Assembly: GCA_963820525.1 (NCBI GenBank)
Contig: CAWGAA010000002.1
Location: forward strand, 416,001-480,000
Direction: 5' to 3'
Source: an uncultured Spirochaetota bacterium
GTDB lineage: Bacteria > Spirochaetota > Spirochaetia > SZUA-6 > Fen-1364
Length of the DNA: 64,000 nt
Below are positions 57,053 through 64,000 of the stretch, in pieces (the stretch's first letter is position 1; every line of letters starts with the position of its first letter). A model generated the notes under the pieces. The model saw only the letters and a program-made list of their open reading frames with translations, made no database searches and was not told the DNA's origin. The position numbers and the translations under genes were made by a program.

Positions 57053-57601
57053 ATGAAGAGCTTGGTTCTTTTGCTTCCGGTATTTCTCCAAATATGCTGT
57101 GTAAAAGGGTATTCAAATGAACTTCCGCAAGAAACTTTAGATAAAGTTATTGAACTAATAAAAATAAAGAGTTATAGCAAACTAATAAATGATTATTTCA
57201 GTGAGGATATGAAAATACGGTTTGTACCGCATTCAATGTTGAGCCGGAATGATATAAGCTTATCAAAGCAAGAAATCTTAGATTATTGGAATAAAAACAC
57301 GACCATACATTGGGGCAATTTTGAAGGTTCTGGTTTGCCAATCGATTTGACTATACGTGACTACTTTCACAATTATATTTCTCTAGATCCGGAAGAACAC
57401 TATAAGATTTCAATTAACAAGCGAATTCTTGAAACGGATAGTTCTGAAAGTGTATATAAGGAATATGGCAAAGATGTTGTAGTTGATATTCTTTCGAATT
57501 GGGATAGTCCAAATGAATGGCAAGGAATAAAAATAGTATTCAAATATGAAAAAGAATCCTGGCGAATAATTTGTCTGGTATTTAACCGTTATGAAATATG
57601 A
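57053..57601 (+). CDS. Putative cognate immunity protein (exported or lipoprotein)
   Basis: 11 nt after the toxin stop, AT-rich like the toxin tip, N-terminal signal MKSLVLLLPVFLQICC. Confidence 0.7.
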   Translation: MKSLVLLLPVFLQICCVKGYSNELPQETLDKVIELIKIKSYSKLINDYFSEDMKIRFVPHSMLSRNDISLSKQEILDYWNKNTTIHWGNFEGSGLPIDLTIRDYFHNYISLDPEEHYKISINKRILETDSSESVYKEYGKDVVVDILSNWDSPNEWQGIKIVFKYEKESWRIICLVFNRYEI

Positions 57602-57679
57602 TATCCAAACGATGAGAAATATTGATCGATATATTAATGCGTGCACTCCTTGGAATTTGGGAGGGCAGGTTTAAGATAT

Positions 57680-58361
57680 CCTCGCGCGGAGGGCTTCCCT
57701 CGTCCCCCCGCCGCTCTCCCTCCCTGGGACCCGTCCTCACGACATCCCCCCCTGGCTAAGATCTTTGGTCTTCCAGGGAGGGAGACGCTCTTGGGGGGAC
57801 TCGGTTTCTGTACGCTCATCGCTCGCGGGGTCCTTGCCCGCTCGCTCTTCGCTACAGAAAGCCCTCCGCGCGAGGCTTCCTTGGGTGCGCACCATGCCGT
57901 GACGGCTTCTGCGCCGTCACGGCCATCAGGCCCAGAGGAAGGAGGCTGCAACGTATTCAAGCCTCCCCTGAAGGGGCGGCTGACGCGGGCTGGCGCCCCC
58001 TGCCTCCAAAACGGCTGCAGCAACGACAGCAAGCGGCGAGGCCATGGAGGGCCGAGCCGTGTTGAAGGTAGCGGCCACACCGAATGGCGCAGTTCCGGGC
58101 TGAGCGAGAAACGCAGCGTCCGGTTAGCCTTACAAAGCTTAAGTACCCTAAGCGTGAGCGGGCGCAGCGGAAAGCCCGGAGGCGCGCAATCACAGCGACC
58201 GAGGCCGACCGGGGTGTGACATTCCTCTGGATCTCCTACTGCGCCGAGGACTTGTAGCGGAGCACGCGACCCGCCCGAGGGCTGCCACGGAACAGGTGCC
58301 TCGGTTGAGAGTGAATCCCCTCGGGCGGGGTACGCCCAGAGCTTCATTTCTCACTCACCCC
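57680..58361. other. Non-coding block of nested inverted repeats (structured RNA or MITE/REP nest)
   Basis: Perfect stems: 57680-96/57859-75 (17 bp), 57715-27/57773-85 (13 bp), 57896-906/57913-23 (11 bp), 58270-81/58318-29 (12 bp). Confidence 0.6.
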
Positions 58362-58369
58362 TTCCCCCG

Positions 58370-58938
<569 letters not shown>

Positions 58939-59219
58939 TATTTTTGAGTATTCCCACCCGCGTCGGCGCGAAGCGCGACACGGGCAAGGCGTTTGGGCGT
59001 AAGCCCAAACGCGGAACCCGACAGCTGGTTCGCGAAGCGAAACAGCGGGAGGGCGCACACGAATGCCGCAGGCATTCGCGGAAAGGGGCCCCATGACGGC
59101 AGCAGCTGGAGCGCCGAAGGCGCGAAGCTGCGGGAGTCATGGGGAGTGCCAGCGGCTCAACACGCCGCAACGCGCCCTGAAGGCGCAAAATAATCCTTCA
59201 CCCCCTTCAGTCTATTATT

Positions 59220-59334
<115 letters not shown>

Positions 59335-59360
59335 TTTTTTTATTTGCATGTGTGGCACTC

Positions 59361-60827
59361 TCAACCCTTTGAATCAGGCCAAAAGAAAGTACGTTCAGAC
59401 TCCGAGTAATCGCCATACTCCTTCTCGCGGTTCCAAATGCGTAGCCGAATGAAGAAGGCGAGTTTGCGCCCTAGCCGTTCCATTACTTCGGCAAGTACCG
59501 CCTGATCGATCATAGTCGTGGTACCGCAGCGAGTCGAGCCTCCCTTAGGGTACGGCGGCGTCCAATTATCGTTCCATATATGAGTTCTCGAGGCGACCCT
59601 CCCGTCGTATTTCATACAGTCGATGCATTCATGTGTACATCGGAATTCGGTATTGGGAACTGTATAAGGGGCAGGAATCCTAAGACCCACGCCCCAATAG
59701 TCGCCTTGCCATGTTCCAAACGGTATCGGCATAAGGCGACTGCAGACTGCGATCTCGTCTCCCGTTTTGCCTGCTGTGCTCACTTCCTCGATTGTGATAT
59801 CCGCTGGCGGCCCCTTTAGTTCAAATGTATTTGCGACCGATAAGAATTGCGTTTTTTCATGGAGGAACACACCATCCGGTAATTCATAATCCGGTGTTAT
59901 GAGATGGGCGCTAAGCGTTAGGTTGGCGAATCTCTGCACTGACGAAGCTACCGGCGTGTCTAGCGATACGAGTCTCATCCCTTCCATTTGAGAGGCTCGC
60001 ACGAGCTCGTGGATGAGAGATTCGAAATCAACGCCGGGAATACAGAATCTTTCAGGGAAGTCCGAGAGCCAAACCGGTCTTGCACTGGGTTCGACATCGA
60101 AGAAACCTGCAATCCCGTGGACTATCTCGACGCAGTAGCCTACTGCCATTTCCTTGGGCATATGCCACTCGGCAACGGCAATAGCCAGAGTCCGCAGGTA
60201 CGCGGAGAGAAAGACCTCTCTCATCCTCTGCCAGTACTGGCCGATAATTCCAGCTCGTGTGTCCGATATTTTGTCGAAATAATGCGGGTAGCCCGTGCAG
60301 CGTATGCCCAGTTTGTCGTGAATGTTTTTCCACTCGAAAGCCCATTGCTGAAGAAAAGGATAGCCACTGAATCTTTCTAATTCGTGAAAATGGTTTAAGA
60401 AGATTGGCGGTATATGCGAGGTCTTGTACTCATCAAAGTAGCTGGCACTATCGAAGTCGGTAGGAGCTTGTCCTGAGTGAGTCTTTTCCCATCCGCCAGT
60501 GCCGCTCCCTAGTCCATACGTTCGATCTATGATGATGTCGGCGAGAATGGAAGGATGATGGATGCGCGATACGACCGCTGTGAGGGTGGGTCTGCAACCC
60601 GACGAGGTCAGGAAGACGATTGTGAGGATCTCACAGACTTCAGACTCGGTCTTGCACTGATCGAGATAATCCAAAAGTGCATCCGTCGTTGAGGATCTGG
60701 TGCTTGGATCATTTAGAAGGTTGCGGATCTCCTTGGCCGTGCGCCAACGGGACATCGGTACTGGCCATTTAAGACGCTGGAAGAGGAAGGAAAGGGCAAG
60801 CGGGGCCGAGTTTGCTATCGGAACCAT
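59361..60827 (-). CDS. Hypothetical 488-aa protein coupled to the upstream STAND-like gene
   Basis: Long ORF, lower GC than the core, 13-nt overlap with the upstream gene; begins LFQRLKWPVPMSRWRTAKEI. Confidence 0.75.
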   Translation of the reverse strand: MVPIANSAPLALSFLFQRLKWPVPMSRWRTAKEIRNLLNDPSTRSSTTDALLDYLDQCKTESEVCEILTIVFLTSSGCRPTLTAVVSRIHHPSILADIIIDRTYGLGSGTGGWEKTHSGQAPTDFDSASYFDEYKTSHIPPIFLNHFHELERFSGYPFLQQWAFEWKNIHDKLGIRCTGYPHYFDKISDTRAGIIGQYWQRMREVFLSAYLRTLAIAVAEWHMPKEMAVGYCVEIVHGIAGFFDVEPSARPVWLSDFPERFCIPGVDFESLIHELVRASQMEGMRLVSLDTPVASSVQRFANLTLSAHLITPDYELPDGVFLHEKTQFLSVANTFELKGPPADITIEEVSTAGKTGDEIAVCSRLMPIPFGTWQGDYWGVGLRIPAPYTVPNTEFRCTHECIDCMKYDGRVASRTHIWNDNWTPPYPKGGSTRCGTTTMIDQAVLAEVMERLGRKLAFFIRLRIWNREKEYGDYSESERTFFWPDSKG

Positions 60828-63800
60828 GGTGTATCCGGGATTGGTTGTTCTCGGACCTCCTCGACCAACGTGTCCAAGAAAGAAGTGGTGACCTTGTCGG
60901 CAATTTCTACCTGCCCGACTAGCATCAAGAAACGTACTAGATACCTTTGGCCAATAACAAAATCATAGCCCCGACGACTGTAGTAGGGCGCGGGCACAGA
61001 CGTATCCTTGATGTATTGAAACCATCGATCCGGATAGTTCTGCGCAGCGAGTCTGATCCGAGTCATTGTCTCGGTCTCGGATGCGTAAAAACTCTGCCAG
61101 CCATGGCGATAAATGTGGGCATTTACGAGCCAATTATACGCGGCTTCTTTACCCTCGACGGCGAGACATACAAGGAAAGCATCATCGAGGATTTCCTCGG
61201 CGTCGTAGGTCGTCTCACTCGTCTCAAAGTAAGAGCGGATTGAGCTCAGCGCGCGCGATGCCTTGCTCTGGTTTTTCCAACGATGGAGCCACTTCACCAT
61301 GAATTCCCTGCGGCTCCTGTAGTGAACTGCCGCAGCCGCTTTGACGACATCGGCGAAATCCTTATAGCCGAATGATGTGGGGTTAACTTTGGCAGCTTCT
61401 TTCTCCTGTTCGGAAAGCTCTTCTCCGTTCTTCTTGACCTCGTGGCGAGCTTTCGGCGTGCATCCGAGGAAAGAATACTGTCCATTAAGGAGCGCACGGG
61501 CGACAGGTTCTTTGACTGCGCGACCTTCGAGAACGCTCAGAGTACGTTCATCAAGGAATGTGCGGGCTAGCGCAGCACCTTCCCTGGATTCTAGATCCAT
61601 CACCTTCGAGAGTTCGACTAGGCACTCGTCGGCATAGGAATACTCGTCATTTGAGAGGTGGTGTTCGTAAAGGGAGGGTAAGCGTTCAGGAGCAACCTTC
61701 GCCACCACTTCGATGAGCTCTGATCTCACGTAATCCGTCTCATCTCCGTCCGTGAACTCAGTGATCATGTCGATGATTGGGACAAGCGTATCGAGGCGTG
61801 CACGCGTGACAGCCGGGTCTTTCGCGCTCAACTCGGTGATAGCATCGAGTACCTCCATTGCACTGAGGTCTTTTCGCCAGCCATAGCCGACAAGGCATTC
61901 GGCGGCGTGCGATAGAAGCTCAGCCTGTCTTCCGTCCTCATAGAGGAGCGCGAAGTCCGCAAGTTGTGTCCAACGCTCAGAGCGAGCACTGAATTCCGTC
62001 ACCTTTGCTGAAAGAGCTTCCGCCTCGTCGGTCAGAAGCGCCGCTGCACCGTCTTTATCGAGGAGAGGAATCCAATCATCTACGTTGCGTGTCACCCAGA
62101 TTTCGTCCGACCAGTGAGCGGATTTACGCGCCACACATAGCTCCGAGGCGGGCACCTTCGTATTTATGCAGTTGGAAAGACCAAGGAAATGCAGATCGAC
62201 AGCGATGTTTCGGAGAGCCTCGGTGAAAGCCCGATACTGCAAATACTCTCTTTCGGGAGCTGGACCCCACTGAACCGGCTCGATATCCACTCCTTCGGAA
62301 TAGACAGCAGAGAATGTAGGAGCGAGTCTGCTTTCTGCGATTTTCCTCGCTATCTTCTCGAACTTCGCCAGGCCCTGCGGTAGCCATCCCAAATCGTCTT
62401 TGGCCAGACCGGGATGAATGATCGAATAATCGCGGCTGTTCGCGCGGAGCTCGACATACAGTGCGATCCAGAACGAATCGTAGAAGAATGATATAACATC
62501 CTTGCTATCACTAAGTGAATACCGCTCGCGGATCAAGTCGCCAGGCACCGGAGGAATATAGACTTCTAGCTTCGTGTCGCGATCCCGCCATAGAAACCAG
62601 GACGCAGCAAATGGCGAAAGAGGCTCTTTACCGAGAGAGACAAGCTCTCTGACATCCGCTCCTGTAAAACTAGCAACCTGAACCAGCTTGTCGTTGATCA
62701 ATCGACGCGGATCCTTCCATTTGGCTTCACTCAGCGTCTTGCGGATGAGCTGAAGCCCCTTTATATTTTGCGCAGCCCCTAGTAGACGGATGAAGCTAAA
62801 TACATGAGGATCAGGCTTCTTGAAGCCGAGCACGTAGTTTAGCGTACGCCGAACTGTCTCCTCGTCCATTAGCGCACTGACCGAGAGGAGCTGATCCGAA
62901 AGCGTCGTGAACTCATGCTCGGGGCGATGACGCAGAGTAATCCATGTGTTGATGCGGCGAGCCAATTCATCATGGCACGATGGCAAAATCTTCGAGGACA
63001 TTTCACTAGGACTGAGGCGGGCGAGTTCTTTCACTTCGCTGTCAGTCAAGTCGAAGATGTTATCAAGGAGGTTCAGCATCTGCTGGCGGTTGTCGGAGAC
63101 CGCAAGCGCAGTCGCACGATAAGTGGCAAAATCCCTTGATTGAAACTCGCGTGCATTTGATACACGGGTCTTGAGACTGCGTAGGAATACAGTTCGCGGC
63201 AAGTCCCCGTCCTCGAAGACCTTTTTTTCCGCGGAAGCGAGGATGTTTTCGATCTGTTGATCGGGCCAGCCCTTGGCAAAGGATTGTACGACCCAATCCC
63301 TTGTTACGCCTGATAGCAAATCCTTGCAGTTGCCGGATTGCGCCTTGGCAAGCCACACCCAGCCCCACTGCCAGTATTCAGGTGCATCATTCGCAAGCCA
63401 GTTGATAATCTTCGGTAGCAGTGCCTGATAGCTTTCGGCGTGATCCGCCTGCTCTCGTACCCATGCGAAGATACTTGCATGAAAGGGAACCATACCGACA
63501 TTGCGCGGCTCTAAAAGGTGGTCGATCTCGCTGAAATCTCCGAGTACCTGTCTAATACCAAGGCTTGGCCAGAAAAAGGACGATCCAGCGAGCATATGGA
63601 GGGCGTTCTTGGCATCGGCGCTGAGTCGAACCCAGAGTCCCCGATAGTAATCGCGGATATCGCCATCTGGGCACGGTGGGAGCAGTCTGATTTCTTCAGC
63701 TGATATTGGTCGACCTGCGCGTATGAGCCCTTCATATGCGTATATCAAATGCAACGGATGGCCTTGGGAAATATCAAAAAAGGCCTTCGCGACCTCGTCG

Positions 63801-64000
63801 ATCATGCCTTTCCGCTGCTCGGGCGTCGGATCAAACCTGAGGATAAGTGGGCGCGTCTTGTCCTGCTGTACTACCCAGCAATAGACCGCGACCTCGTCCA
63901 TGCGAGGAATCTCAATCCAGTCATCGTCGTTTGCATTCGATAACAGCTTGCTCGGTAATTGCTGGTCGGGGACGCGCTGTGTTCCAACGATAAGGCTTAT
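60815..64000 (-). CDS. Large STAND/NACHT-like NTPase (C-terminal >1060 aa; 5' end outside the window), defence candidate
   Basis: Frame is open from 64000 (ISLIVGTQRVPDQQLP...WIEIPRMDEV). Sensor-1-like LIVGTQ, GxP motif SQGHPLHLIY, winged-helix-like FHASI, then a long helical region. Walker motifs not visible. Confidence 0.6.
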   Translation of the reverse strand: MSLIVGTQRVPDQQLPSKLLSNANDDDWIEIPRMDEVAVYCWVVQQDKTRPLILRFDPTPEQRKGMIDEVAKAFFDISQGHPLHLIYAYEGLIRAGRPISAEEIRLLPPCPDGDIRDYYRGLWVRLSADAKNALHMLAGSSFFWPSLGIRQVLGDFSEIDHLLEPRNVGMVPFHASIFAWVREQADHAESYQALLPKIINWLANDAPEYWQWGWVWLAKAQSGNCKDLLSGVTRDWVVQSFAKGWPDQQIENILASAEKKVFEDGDLPRTVFLRSLKTRVSNAREFQSRDFATYRATALAVSDNRQQMLNLLDNIFDLTDSEVKELARLSPSEMSSKILPSCHDELARRINTWITLRHRPEHEFTTLSDQLLSVSALMDEETVRRTLNYVLGFKKPDPHVFSFIRLLGAAQNIKGLQLIRKTLSEAKWKDPRRLINDKLVQVASFTGADVRELVSLGKEPLSPFAASWFLWRDRDTKLEVYIPPVPGDLIRERYSLSDSKDVISFFYDSFWIALYVELRANSRDYSIIHPGLAKDDLGWLPQGLAKFEKIARKIAESRLAPTFSAVYSEGVDIEPVQWGPAPEREYLQYRAFTEALRNIAVDLHFLGLSNCINTKVPASELCVARKSAHWSDEIWVTRNVDDWIPLLDKDGAAALLTDEAEALSAKVTEFSARSERWTQLADFALLYEDGRQAELLSHAAECLVGYGWRKDLSAMEVLDAITELSAKDPAVTRARLDTLVPIIDMITEFTDGDETDYVRSELIEVVAKVAPERLPSLYEHHLSNDEYSYADECLVELSKVMDLESREGAALARTFLDERTLSVLEGRAVKEPVARALLNGQYSFLGCTPKARHEVKKNGEELSEQEKEAAKVNPTSFGYKDFADVVKAAAAVHYRSRREFMVKWLHRWKNQSKASRALSSIRSYFETSETTYDAEEILDDAFLVCLAVEGKEAAYNWLVNAHIYRHGWQSFYASETETMTRIRLAAQNYPDRWFQYIKDTSVPAPYYSRRGYDFVIGQRYLVRFLMLVGQVEIADKVTTSFLDTLVEEVREQPIPDTPWFR

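Noticed and set aside
57602..57680. Integron attC site or orphan RHS tip cassettes after the immunity gene
   Set aside because: No RYYYAAC...GTTRRRY pairing and no second RHS core fragment.
57880..58368. Group II or group I intron in 23S
   Set aside because: GTGCG at about 57885 and GAGCCG at about 58054 occur, but there is no domain V/VI structure, no recognisable group I core, no RT or homing nuclease, and no 5' exon.
44343..58368. Terminal inverted repeats bounding the toxin island (GGGAAGGG / CCCTTCCC)
   Set aside because: Only 8 bp of low-complexity match, no target duplication and no recombinase gene.

Overview
GC-rich bacterial chromosome segment, most likely an uncultured spirochaete (inferred from the giant coiled-coil gene, the TatD/M23/bactofilin/DUF327/PSP1 block and the 23S sequence). 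About 1-44,300 is mostly core genome: a TPR/beta-barrel/TonB envelope operon, a 1866-aa coiled-coil protein, a DUF362 Fe-S protein, pgi-grpE-dnaK-dnaJ, buk, two orphan DNA methyltransferases, rlmB, purFMNDE, rarA, dusB, tatD, M23-bactofilin and a Gld-like ABC system. From about 44,300 the composition shifts into an accessory region. It holds two lipoproteins and a 3430-aa signal-peptide-bearing SpvB/TcdB-type RHS toxin with a peptidoglycan-amidase tip plus an immunity candidate. Next comes a ~700-nt ORF-free palindrome-rich block fused directly to only the last ~570 nt of a 23S rRNA gene, an intact 5S gene, and a two-gene STAND-NTPase-like defence candidate running off the window end. The most unusual signals are the headless 23S fragment with its structured upstream block, a 135-bp palindromic element inserted in frame into a ferredoxin domain, and a 55-aa Trp/His-rich insert in the RHS shell. 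Two genes have single-base homopolymer frameshifts, probably sequencing errors. No tRNA, CRISPR array, integrase or transposase was seen. All family assignments are from motif recognition, not database searches.
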